In this document: one piece after another, positions 10,577 through 17,789 of the stretch
Layout: each line of letters begins with the position of its first letter
Position numbering within the stretch: the stretch's first letter is position 1
Virus record (IMG/VR): IMGVR_UViG_3300029604_000306
Strand: one strand, 5' to 3'
DNA from: a virus
Lineage: Duplodnaviria > Heunggongvirae > Uroviricota > Caudoviricetes
Length of the DNA: 64,000 nt
Program-made: the position numbers and the translations under genes
Notes under the pieces: generated by a model
Databases searched by the model: none
The model's input: only the letters and a program-made list of their open reading frames with translations
What the model was told of the DNA's origin: nothing

Positions 10577-10649
10577 GGACGGTTAGCTCAGACGGAAGAG
10601 CGGCAGGTTGAAGCCCTGCGCGTCAGAGGTTCGATTCCTCTACCGTCCA
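10577..10649 (+). tRNA. trnF: tRNA-Phe(GAA)
   Basis: Cloverleaf; acceptor GGACGGT/ACCGTCC; anticodon arm GCAGG-TTGAAGC-CCTGC. Confidence 0.93.
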
Positions 10650-10782
10650 CTTGGTTTTGTCTGGTTCTTGGCTGAACGCAGAGACCAAAAAATAATCCGC
10701 AAAAAATTTCGCATTTTTGAAAACTCTGGCATACTGTAAGTGTAAAGAAAAAATACACGAGAAGAGAAAAGGAGCAGAAAAA

Positions 10783-11214
10783 ATGTACGACGTTCAAGAT
10801 GTGGCAGAATATGTAATTACATACAGCGAAGTCAAAGATTACGGCATTTCTAATCTGAAACTTCAGAAAATCCTTTATCTGATTCAGGCATATTCTCTGA
10901 TACATACCAAAAAGCCATGCTTTTCAGAAGATATTGAGGCATGGGATTTTGGGCCGGTGATTCCGGAAGTGTACAGAAAATATAAACAGTTCGGCAGCAC
11001 TGATATTCAAATCAGATTCCGGAGCCTGGAAGATACACAAAAAGGATTTGAAAGAGAAGACAGAAAAAGAATTGAAGAAGTCGTTGACAGATTTGCTGAT
11101 TTTTCTGCAGCCGATTTAACGATTCTGACTCAGAATCAGGCACCTTGGAATGAGGCATTTGACAGAAAAGAAAAGGTCATTCGGTGTGAAGATATTTTAG
11201 AATATTTTTCCTGA
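10783..11214 (+). CDS. Panacea domain (DUF4065/GepA/SocA-like) antitoxin protein
   Basis: ISNLKLQKILYLIQA and IEAWDFGPVIPEVY motifs. Confidence 0.88.
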   Translation: MYDVQDVAEYVITYSEVKDYGISNLKLQKILYLIQAYSLIHTKKPCFSEDIEAWDFGPVIPEVYRKYKQFGSTDIQIRFRSLEDTQKGFEREDRKRIEEVVDRFADFSAADLTILTQNQAPWNEAFDRKEKVIRCEDILEYFS

Positions 11215-11238
11215 AAAAAGCGAAAAGGAGAAGATAAA

Positions 11239-11445
11239 ATGAAAGAAACTACACTTTGGAAATGCGATATTTGCGGAACAGAATACAGAGACAAAAAACA
11301 GTGTCAGAAATGCGAAAGTAATCACAAAAAAGAAGGGAAGATTGTTAAAATGAGACATCTTCCGTATACATCTGACCAGTCCGGATATCCGGATAAGATT
11401 ACCGTTAAGTTTGAAGACGGGGTTGAAAAGGTGTATAGCAGGTAA
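11239..11445 (+). CDS. small putative Zn-finger protein
   Basis: CDIC-x12-CESNH; AAGGAG RBS. Confidence 0.7.
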   Translation: MKETTLWKCDICGTEYRDKKQCQKCESNHKKEGKIVKMRHLPYTSDQSGYPDKITVKFEDGVEKVYSR

Positions 11446-11481
11446 GTTAAATATGCCGGCAGGAAGGCTGCCGGCGAATAT

Positions 11482-11554
11482 GGGGTATTAGTCGCAATGG
11501 GGCGACGCCTGTTTTGCAAGCAGGAGGCGGCGGGTTCGATTCCCGTATGCTCCA
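11482..11554 (+). tRNA. trnA: tRNA-Ala(TGC)
   Basis: Cloverleaf; G3:U70 pair; loop TTTGCAA. Confidence 0.88.
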
Positions 11555-11615
11555 TTTAGCATATAGTTATGGCTGTATGTGATTGGAGGGTAAAGGTTTG
11601 CCAGTAAAGAAATAT

Positions 11616-11688
11616 TGACGTGTAGCTCAGCAGGTAGAGCGCTTGGCCGTTAACCAAGATGTCGCGGGTTCAAGTCCCGCCGCGCCAG
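11616..11688 (+). tRNA. trnN: tRNA-Asn(GTT), atypical C33
   Basis: Cloverleaf; CTTGG-CCGTTAA-CCAAG; one acceptor-stem mismatch. Confidence 0.82.
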
Positions 11689-11810
11689 CTGATGTTCCCG
11701 ACATTTATGTCGGGGACATATAAAAAAGAAAAATAAAAAAAGGAGTTAAAGATAATGAGAAAGACAAAACGAAAACAGAAGGCGAAATGCCGAAAACAGA
11801 ATATTGATTT

Positions 11811-11882
11811 GCGTCTGTAGCCAAGCGGTATGGCAGCGGGCTTTTAACCCGTATATCGCGTGTTCGAATCACGTCAGGCGCA
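11811..11882 (+). tRNA. trnK: tRNA-Lys(TTT)
   Basis: Cloverleaf; GCGGG-CTTTTAA-CCCGT. Confidence 0.85.
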
Positions 11883-11905
11883 TTGCAGGATAAATCCTGG
11901 AAATC

Positions 11906-11979
11906 GCCTGTATAGCTTAGTTTGGTAGAGCAGGAAACTCTTAATTTCAAGGTCCAGAGTTCAAATCTCTGTGCAGGCA
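11906..11979 (+). tRNA. trnK: tRNA-Lys(CTT)
   Basis: Cloverleaf; loop CTCTTAA. Confidence 0.85.
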
Positions 11980-12002
11980 GTGTACATTAGGACAAAAATG
12001 AG

Positions 12003-12197
12003 GTGAAACATATGATGACAAAAAACAGAGAAAAAGTGTATAACCGGTCTTGGTATAGAAGAGAATGCAAAGTGAATATGCGGTCAAGACGGAAGGAATA
12101 CAATAGAAAAGTCAGACATGCAAAAGTAACCGAAGATTCTTGTTCGAGAGGGTACAACAAAAATTTGATGAGGCTGGTCTGGGAGACGATTAGCTAA
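12003..12197 (+). CDS. small basic hypothetical protein
   Basis: ORF track; Arg/Lys-rich; start may be the ATG at 12012. Confidence 0.5.
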   Translation: MKHMMTKNREKVYNRSWYRRECKVNMRSRRKEYNRKVRHAKVTEDSCSRGYNKNLMRLVWETIS

Positions 12198-12350
12198 AAA
12201 TGGATTGGAAAAATATTTTAAAAAATATTTTGGATTTTTCGTCCGATTGAGAAAAAATCTAGCATATTAAATATGTGAAAGAAAAAAAGGAGATGAAGTA
12301 ATAATGGAAGTTGATTATCACTATTGCAATACAAAATTGAAACATATTTA

Positions 12351-12435
12351 GGGTAGGTATGCAAAATGGCTGAAGCAAGCGGTCTGTAAAACCGTCACAC
12401 TAGAAACATTGTGAGTTCGAATCTCACCCTGCCCA
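12351..12435 (+). tRNA. trnY: tRNA-Tyr(GTA)
   Basis: Cloverleaf with long variable arm; loop CTGTAAA. Confidence 0.9.
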
Positions 12436-12516
12436 TTCGGCTTACGCTTTGTTGCAAAAAGAATGCGGGTATATATTTGCGGATATATACTTGAAGCGCA
12501 AGCCAGTATATATAAT

Positions 12517-12590
12517 GGCCTCATAGGATAACTGGTTATTCCGCAGCCCTGTCACGGCTGAGATTCCGGGTTCAATCCCCGGTGGGGTCG
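12517..12590 (+). tRNA. trnD: tRNA-Asp(GTC)
   Basis: Cloverleaf; CAGCC-CTGTCAC-GGCTG. Confidence 0.9.
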
Positions 12591-12683
12591 CTTGACCGAC
12601 AAGGTCACAGCGTATGATGACAACATTCGCTTTTCTTGCAGGTTCGTCACCTGCAATATTGCGGCAGCGTGTCTGCTGCATAT

Positions 12684-12757
12684 ACCGGATTAGCTCAGTT
12701 TGGTAGAGCGCCTGGTTTGGGACCAGGAGGCCGTGAGTTCGATTCTCGTATCCGGTA
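12684..12757 (+). tRNA. trnP: tRNA-Pro(TGG)
   Basis: Cloverleaf; CCTGG-TTTGGGA-CCAGG. Confidence 0.92.
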
Positions 12758-12758
12758 C

Positions 12759-12832
12759 TGCGGGATAGAGCAGTTGGATAGCTCACGGGGTTCATACCCC
12801 CGGTGTCGTCGGTTCAAGTCCGTCTCCCGCAA
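12759..12832 (+). tRNA. trnM: tRNA-Met(CAT), initiator-like
   Basis: Cloverleaf; consecutive G-C pairs in the anticodon stem (CGGGG-TTCATAC-CCCCG). Confidence 0.85.
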
Positions 12833-12838
12833 TTCTTT

Positions 12839-12911
12839 GTCAGATTAACTCAGCTGGGAGAGTGCCGTTCTTACAAATCGGAAGTCGCAGGTTCAAGTCC
12901 TGCATCTGACA
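12839..12911 (+). tRNA. trnV: tRNA-Val(TAC)
   Basis: Cloverleaf; loop CTTACAA. Confidence 0.88.
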
Positions 12912-12915
12912 TTTT

Positions 12916-12991
12916 GGCGGCTTGGTCTAAAGGTTATGACACTGCCCTTTCACGGCAGTAATGCATCAGGGTTCAAGTCCCGCAGCCGTCA
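12916..12991 (+). tRNA. trnE: tRNA-Glu(TTC)
   Basis: CTGCC-CTTTCAC-GGCAG; slightly enlarged variable loop and imperfect T stem. Confidence 0.82.
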
Positions 12992-12995
12992 CTTC

Positions 12996-13068
12996 GCTGG
13001 CATAGCACAATTGGCAGTGCGCATCACTTGTAATGATGAGGTTATCGGTTCGATTCCGATTGTCAGCT
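12996..13068 (+). tRNA. trnT: tRNA-Thr(TGT)
   Basis: Cloverleaf; CATCA-CTTGTAA-TGATG. Confidence 0.92.
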
Positions 13069-13239
13069 CTTGCTGAAAAGCAAAAAAAATGCACAAAACC
13101 TTCGTCAAAAATATCCACTATGAATCCTGTGGGATTCTACGGTAGCCCGAGCGGGGAGAAATTGGTTCAGCGTAAGGATATACGAGACCAGTATAGTTAC
13201 CGGCGAGGCAGCAGGTTTCTGCGAAGGTCACCTGCAACA

Positions 13240-13314
13240 GGGGTTGTAGCTCAGTTGGGAGAGTATCTGTTTCGCAAGAACAGAAGGTCGGAGGTTCGAA
13301 TCCTCCTGACTCCA
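13240..13314 (+). tRNA. tRNA-Ala-type body with a 2-nt expanded anticodon arm (CGC, or GCA if re-paired)
   Basis: G3:U70 and A73; arm TCTGT-TTCGCAAGA-ACAGA. Confidence 0.75.
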
Positions 13315-13354
13315 ATAAATGTACCAGACGCGTAATCGTCGCGGATGGAGTAAT

Positions 13355-13426
13355 GCACCATTGGTCTAATGGCTATGACATAAGTCTTCCAAACTTGTGA
13401 TGCCGGTTCAATTCCGGCATGGTGCT
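13355..13426 (+). tRNA. trnG: tRNA-Gly(TCC)
   Basis: Cloverleaf; loop CTTCCAA; U73. Confidence 0.9.
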
Positions 13427-13455
13427 TAACAAAAAAAATGAAAGGAAAAAAGAAA

Positions 13456-13644
13456 ATGGCAAAAGCAGAATGCAAAAAAGTGATTGGCAGCGACGAATAT
13501 GGCAGAGAAGCCTGGCTTATGGTCAGCCAGCATAAAGATTCAGACAAAATTGAAATACTGTCATCAGAAGATGGCGGACCTGTAGTATACTCTAAATCGC
13601 AGGCAAGTGAACTTATTAAGGAACTGAAAAAATATGTGAAATAG
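13456..13644 (+). CDS. small hypothetical protein (paralog of 13670-13849)
   Basis: Shares G-x-x-AW-x-x...E-x-x-SSE-x-x-x-PVVY with the next ORF. Confidence 0.65.
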   Translation: MAKAECKKVIGSDEYGREAWLMVSQHKDSDKIEILSSEDGGPVVYSKSQASELIKELKKYVK

Positions 13645-13669
13645 AAAGAGAAAGAGAAAAACTAAAAAA

Positions 13670-13849
13670 ATGATTTTAATTGTCGGCGCAACGCTGCGAG
13701 GGATGCCCGCTTGGTTTCTGATTGAAAAATATTACAAAAATCAAGAGAAATTGGAACTTGTTTCTTCTGAAGAGAGAAAGCCAGTTGTGTATAATCAGCG
13801 GCAGTTAAAGACATTGATTGCGGAATTGGAAAAAATAGTTCAGGAATAA
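13670..13849 (+). CDS. small hypothetical protein, 59 aa (paralog of 13456-13644)
   Basis: Hand translation MILIVGATLRGMPAWFLIEK...LELVSSEERKPVVYNQRQLKTLIAELEKIVQE; below the ORF-track cutoff. Confidence 0.6.
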   Translation: MILIVGATLRGMPAWFLIEKYYKNQEKLELVSSEERKPVVYNQRQLKTLIAELEKIVQE

Positions 13850-13865
13850 GTAATTAGATGTGTTT

Positions 13866-13939
13866 GGACTTCTAGCTCAGTTGGTTAGAGCATCCGGCTC
13901 ATAACCGGGAGGTCCTGAGTTCAAGTCTCAGGAAGTCCA
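13866..13939 (+). tRNA. tRNA(CAT), probably Ile2
   Basis: Cloverleaf; TCCGG-CTCATAA-CCGGG; body resembles Firmicute lysidine tRNA-Ile2. Confidence 0.85.
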
Positions 13940-13945
13940 CTTTGT

Positions 13946-14017
13946 AGGCGCGTGGTGTTAATGGTAGCATGTCGGTCTCCAAAACCGAAGATGGGTGTTC
14001 GACTCACTCCGTGTCTG
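13946..14017 (+). tRNA. trnW: tRNA-Trp(CCA)
   Basis: Cloverleaf; TCGGT-CTCCAAA-ACCGA. Confidence 0.9.
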
Positions 14018-14109
14018 TTTGGCAATGTACGCGAGAGCATGGGATAGCGTTTAAACTTGCAAATCTGTGATTTCACAGGGCGAAAAAGGGCATTGCCGGA
14101 AAAATATAT

Positions 14110-14182
14110 TGGGCTGTCGCCAAGCGGTAAGGCACAGCACTTTGACTGCTGTATCACGTCAGTTCGAATCTGACCAGCCCAG
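14110..14182 (+). tRNA. trnQ: tRNA-Gln(TTG)
   Basis: Cloverleaf; CAGCA-CTTTGAC-TGCTG. Confidence 0.92.
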
Positions 14183-14215
14183 TTTCTTTAATGTTTTTTG
14201 ATAAATTTTATTTTT

Positions 14216-14299
14216 GCCGTCTTGGTGCAGAATGGTATTGCAGCGGTCTTGAAAACCGTGGCCCGAAAGGACATGGGGGTTCGAATCCCTCAGACGGCG
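14216..14299 (+). tRNA. trnS: tRNA-Ser(TGA)
   Basis: Cloverleaf with long variable arm; loop CTTGAAA. Confidence 0.9.
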
Positions 14300-14318
14300 T
14301 TTAAATTCGCATAGCTTA

Positions 14319-14372
14319 TCGAAGGGCGAAGTCTTCGCCCGTAGTCTGGTAACGAGCGTAAGCGAGTTATCA
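14319..14372 (+). mobile_element. minimal 54-bp double-hairpin insertion element in the tRNA D arm
   Basis: TTA|TCGAAGGGCGAAGTCTTCGCCCGTAGTC-TGGTAACGAGCGTAAGCGAGTTATCA. Confidence 0.82.
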
Positions 14373-14406
14373 AGGGATAGAGCACACGGCTACGGACCGT
14401 GGTTTA

Positions 14407-14529
14407 TCGACGGGCGGGAAAACCGCGACCAACTTTAGTTGTCCGTCGCTACTAAGGTAATTGGACGTGTGCGTGGGAGCATGAACCCCCGCCCGCGTCT
14501 GGTACACGCGAGCAAAGCTCGCGGTATCA
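14407..14529 (+). mobile_element. 123-bp hairpin insertion element in the tRNA variable loop
   Basis: TTA|TCGACGGGCGGG...GCTCGCGGTATCA; full-length homolog at 48834-48956 (minus strand). Confidence 0.85.
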
Positions 14530-14560
14530 TGGGAGTTCGAATCTCTCTGCGAATGTTTTT

Positions 14561-14634
14561 ACCGCATTAGTTCAGTTGGATAGAACAAGAGATTTCTAAT
14601 CTTTAGGTCCCGGGTTCAAGTCCTGGATGCGGTG
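14561..14634 (+). tRNA. trnR: tRNA-Arg(TCT)
   Basis: Cloverleaf; loop TTTCTAA. Confidence 0.9.
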
Positions 14635-14732
14635 TTGCAGATGTAAAACAGTGTTCTAGTCAGTATAGCTTTGGCAGTCGGTTCAATTCCGTCAGCGGGT
14701 AGCTCCTGCGAAAATTTTTGCATCTGCTCTTT

Positions 14733-14820
14733 GGAGTGTTGGCAGAGCAGGTTAATTGCACTGGATTGCTAATCCAGCGTCGCGTATCGCGGCACAAAGG
14801 TTCAAATCCTTTACACTCCG
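14733..14820 (+). tRNA. trnS: tRNA-Ser(GCT)
   Basis: Cloverleaf with long variable arm; CTGGA-TTGCTAA-TCCAG. Confidence 0.9.
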
Positions 14821-14831
14821 TTTTGCAATAT

Positions 14832-14891
14832 TGATGACTCGGTGAATTTACGTTCACCTTCGCCAGACACGTGCGGGAATCTCCCGCCCGA
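14832..14891 (-). mobile_element. 60-bp double-hairpin insertion element abutting the tRNA-Cys 5' end
   Basis: Minus strand TCA|TCGGGCGGGAGATTCCCGCACGTGTC-TGGCGAAGGTGAACGTAAATTCACCGAGTCATCA; matches 492-529. Confidence 0.75.
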
Positions 14892-14892
14892 T

Positions 14893-14965
14893 GATGACGT
14901 CGCCAAGTGGTTTAAGGCAGCAGACTGCAACTCTGCCACCGTGAGTCCGAATCTCACCGTCATCT
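14893..14965 (+). tRNA. trnC: tRNA-Cys(GCA)
   Basis: Cloverleaf; GCAGA-CTGCAAC-TCTGC; U73. Confidence 0.88.
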
Positions 14966-14969
14966 TAAT

Positions 14970-15042
14970 GCCGGCATGGCGCAGTTGGTAGCGCAACTGA
15001 TTCGTAATCAGTAGGTCGCAGGTTCAAGTCCAGCTGTCGGCT
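14970..15042 (+). tRNA. trnT: tRNA-Thr(CGT)
   Basis: Cloverleaf; ACTGA-TTCGTAA-TCAGT. Confidence 0.9.
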
Positions 15043-15043
15043 C

Positions 15044-15116
15044 TCGGATGTATCTCAGATGGTAGAGTATGTGCCTGATATGCACATTGTCGAGCGTTCA
15101 AGTCGCTCCGTCCGAA
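15044..15116 (+). tRNA. trnI: tRNA-Ile(GAT)
   Basis: Cloverleaf; TGTGC-CTGATAT-GCACA. Confidence 0.85.
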
Positions 15117-15120
15117 TTTC

Positions 15121-15191
15121 AGCCGATTGGTGTAGTGGTAGCACATCAGATTCTGACTCTGAAAACATAGGTTCAATTCCTGTATTGGCTG
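15121..15191 (+). tRNA. trnQ: tRNA-Gln(CTG)
   Basis: Cloverleaf; TCAGA-TTCTGAC-TCTGA. Confidence 0.88.
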
Positions 15192-15272
15192 TTAAAAATA
15201 TAAGAAAAAAGAGGTAAAAACAAATGAAACGATTAGGGTGCCTGCGAGGAGCAGGAAAGAAAAATTAAATTT

Positions 15273-15361
15273 GCACCAGTGGCGGAATAGGCAGACGCAT
15301 TGGACTTAAAATCCAAAGAAGTTTAATTATCTTCGTGAGAGTTCAAGTCTCTCCTGGTGCA
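15273..15361 (+). tRNA. trnL: tRNA-Leu(TAA)
   Basis: Long variable arm; TTGGA-CTTAAAA-TCCAA. Confidence 0.9.
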
Positions 15362-15365
15362 TTTT

Positions 15366-15449
15366 CGCAGTGTGTCGGAATTCGGAAGACGAGGTTGACT
15401 CAAAATCAATTGCTGAAAAAGCGTGCAAGTTCAAATCTTGTCACTGCGA
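15366..15449 (+). tRNA. trnL: tRNA-Leu(CAA)
   Basis: Long variable arm; loop CTCAAAA. Confidence 0.88.
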
Positions 15450-15454
15450 TTTAT

Positions 15455-15536
15455 GTCCATATGGCGGAATTGGCAGACGCGCATGATTTAGGCTCATGTA
15501 CTGAAAGGCGTGAGAGTTCAAGTCTCTCTATGGACA
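15455..15536 (+). tRNA. trnL: tRNA-Leu(TAG)
   Basis: Long variable arm; CATGA-TTTAGGC-TCATG. Confidence 0.9.
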
Positions 15537-15613
15537 CTATGTTAAACAGCTAGTAAAATCTGGCTGTTTCTTTTGTTAAAAAGCCCAGCAATTTTCTTGC
15601 TGGGCTTGTGTTT

Positions 15614-16798
15614 TTATTCATCTACCTTGGAATTTGAAACAAAGCCAGAGCTGGCCTCATCTTTATTCGGAATTTCTGCATATCCGAGTTTATTGAGTTT
15701 GAGTTTAACGTTTTTGCCTTTTTTTAATGTTTTCCAATCAGAATATTTCATTGTATACTCTTTTGTTACATCTTTATTTTTTTTGTTTTTATATGTAATA
15801 ATGACAGAATATCTCTCTGTTTTTATTCCAGTCTTTTGCTTGCTACCAAGTTTAGGCTTCGACCAATAAGGTTTTTGGTCATTTCCAGACGACACTGCGT
15901 GGTCTACAGCTTGCCATCTATCTATTTCATAATAATACTTTGTAGCATATACCGGTTCTTGTCGGTAAACAGGTTCCTGGTGCGTTTCCGTATAAGTTTC
16001 GTTACGGTAAACGGGTGTGTAGTAAGCATGTTTCTCAAAATAACCGTTGCCAAGGTCCTTGTAAGACGTATGAGCCTCGTTATGGTCAAATACCGGTCTG
16101 GTTTTTGTTTCTGTAACTGTTTTATAATGGTCTATAATCGGTTGGTATTCTTTAATTTCAGATTGCGTATATTGCAGCCGTGCATCAGATGGCAAGGACC
16201 AATCACTTTCATTGCATGTGATAAATTCTTCAATTCCGATGCTGCGTTCCCATTTAAAGTCGTTTACAGTCACTTCTTTTAGGCTTGGAATAAAAAGCGA
16301 AACAATAAAGGCAAGGATAAGCCCAATTCCTGTGAGTCCAAGCAAACCGGCAATGACTGCTTTAAGATTAAAGCCGCTTCTGGCATTAGAAGAATAACTT
16401 TGAGTACTAAAAGAGGATTCTTCGTAATTCTTTGTGTTTTCTTCAGTATTGCCTACTGTATTTCTGCCCGAATAATGAGAAGCCTTTTTTGCTTTTTCAC
16501 CCTGTTCCTGCCGCATTTCAAAATAGTTCTTTTCAGAATCTTCTTTTGTTGCGTTGCAGCTACGGCAATTATTATCAGTATCCTTATTTAAGCTGCCACA
16601 GAAACTACATCGCCAGTCTGGGTTGCGGCTGATTTTTGAAGCCTCTTCCTCCGGAACATAAGTAATAGCATCCGGAAGATAAAACTTCGTATTTTCATCC
16701 TGCGGATGTCCGCAATGAGGACAGTTTTTGAGACTTGCTCTAATCTTTTTTGAGCCGCAATATGGACAATCCCAAAGTCCTTCCACTAATTTTCCCAT
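15614..16798 (-). CDS. double Zn-ribbon, single-TM membrane protein (paralog 1 of 3)
   Basis: WDCPYC...CPHC and WRCSFC...CRSC, TM helix, Tyr/Thr-rich C-terminal domain; start set at MGKLVEG. Confidence 0.85.
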   Translation of the reverse strand: MGKLVEGLWDCPYCGSKKIRASLKNCPHCGHPQDENTKFYLPDAITYVPEEEASKISRNPDWRCSFCGSLNKDTDNNCRSCNATKEDSEKNYFEMRQEQGEKAKKASHYSGRNTVGNTEENTKNYEESSFSTQSYSSNARSGFNLKAVIAGLLGLTGIGLILAFIVSLFIPSLKEVTVNDFKWERSIGIEEFITCNESDWSLPSDARLQYTQSEIKEYQPIIDHYKTVTETKTRPVFDHNEAHTSYKDLGNGYFEKHAYYTPVYRNETYTETHQEPVYRQEPVYATKYYYEIDRWQAVDHAVSSGNDQKPYWSKPKLGSKQKTGIKTERYSVIITYKNKKNKDVTKEYTMKYSDWKTLKKGKNVKLKLNKLGYAEIPNKDEASSGFVSNSKVDE

Positions 16799-16897
16799 AA
16801 ATTTTCTCCTTTCTTGTTTGTAAAACATTTACAAAATCAATATGCAGAAAGACAAAAATATAAAATAAATAAAAAAAGGATACCAAAAAACAGTATC

Positions 16898-17191
16898 CTA
16901 AATAAATTCATCTCGTCGTTTATAGAATTCTTTATAAAACGCTTTAGCTTCTTCAAGATTCTTCAGCATGATTGTTATATCCTCAATAGAAACGGCAGGA
17001 ATTAAAAACTGCGGATTGCCGGTTTCCAAAAATTTAATGGTAATTCCAAAGACAGGGTCTTTTGGTTTCACTACGATGTGTTTTTCAATTCCATCGTCTG
17101 AAATTTTAAGGATTTGGCCATATCCGTAATATTCTTTTGTCGTCAGAAACTTGTTTTTCTTTTCTGTAACAAATTTGATGTTGTTTGACAT
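16898..17191 (-). CDS. hypothetical protein
   Basis: ORF track, start adjusted to RBS. Confidence 0.65.
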   Translation of the reverse strand: MSNNIKFVTEKKNKFLTTKEYYGYGQILKISDDGIEKHIVVKPKDPVFGITIKFLETGNPQFLIPAVSIEDITIMLKNLEEAKAFYKEFYKRRDEFI

Positions 17192-17219
17192 GTTTTTGTT
17201 CTCTCTTTCTGTCTGCATT

Positions 17220-17654
17220 TTAATCTATTTCCGGTTTATCATCAACAGTTTGCTTGTGATGTACCATCGAAAGGTTGCGGCCTGTACGGTCATCAAACAT
17301 TTCAACAGTAACATCTCTGCAAAAATCAGCAATTGCATATCTGTCTTCAACATCACCAGTAAAGATTTTTTCTACACCTTCCATTTCAGCAAAACGATTC
17401 AGGCGCTTAACTCCCATTATCGCGCGTTCGTGGTGCGCCCTGCGGTTGTGGTCAAGTTTTTCAATTCGGTCACGCAGTTCCTGACCTTCGTAGTTAATGC
17501 GAATAATTGGGAGAGCTGTTTCCATCATGTGTACTGCATACACATATTCGCCAAGAGCTCTCATGTCGCTTTCTATGATATCCAGCATATCGCAGTCATT
17601 TTTGCATGCATTAACGAGATTTAAGAATTTTTCTTTAATCAATTTTTTCACCAT
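17220..17654 (-). CDS. DUF3232-like helical protein
   Basis: LDHNRRAHHERAI...LNRFAE...DR-x-x-IADF pattern recalled for this family. Confidence 0.55.
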   Translation of the reverse strand: MVKKLIKEKFLNLVNACKNDCDMLDIIESDMRALGEYVYAVHMMETALPIIRINYEGQELRDRIEKLDHNRRAHHERAIMGVKRLNRFAEMEGVEKIFTGDVEDRYAIADFCRDVTVEMFDDRTGRNLSMVHHKQTVDDKPEID

Positions 17655-17789
17655 CCTTTTTGTTTTGTCGGCTATAATATGCAGGTTTTGGAAAAATTCT
17701 AAAAAGCAGGCAGTTAGCATATGCAAAAAAAACATAAAAAAACCACCCAGAAGAATTAATCTTCCGGGTGTACTTATGTATCGTGTTCT

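Larger units (their letters stand above)
14305..14555 (+). tRNA. trnR: tRNA-Arg(ACG) split by two insertions (14319-14372 and 14407-14529)
   Basis: Removing both inserts yields 74 nt: acceptor ATTCGCA/TGCGAAT, D stem GCTT/GAGC, CACGG-CTACGGA-CCGTG, T arm GGGAG-TTCGAAT-CTCTC. Confidence 0.85.

Noticed and set aside
14407..14529. Group I or group II intron interpretation of the tRNA inserts
   Set aside because: 54 and 123 nt are too short, no catalytic core motifs are visible, and homologs occur antisense and in intergenic DNA.
11322..15553. Many 60-120 aa ORFs across the tRNA array
   Set aside because: They are shadows of tRNA genes.
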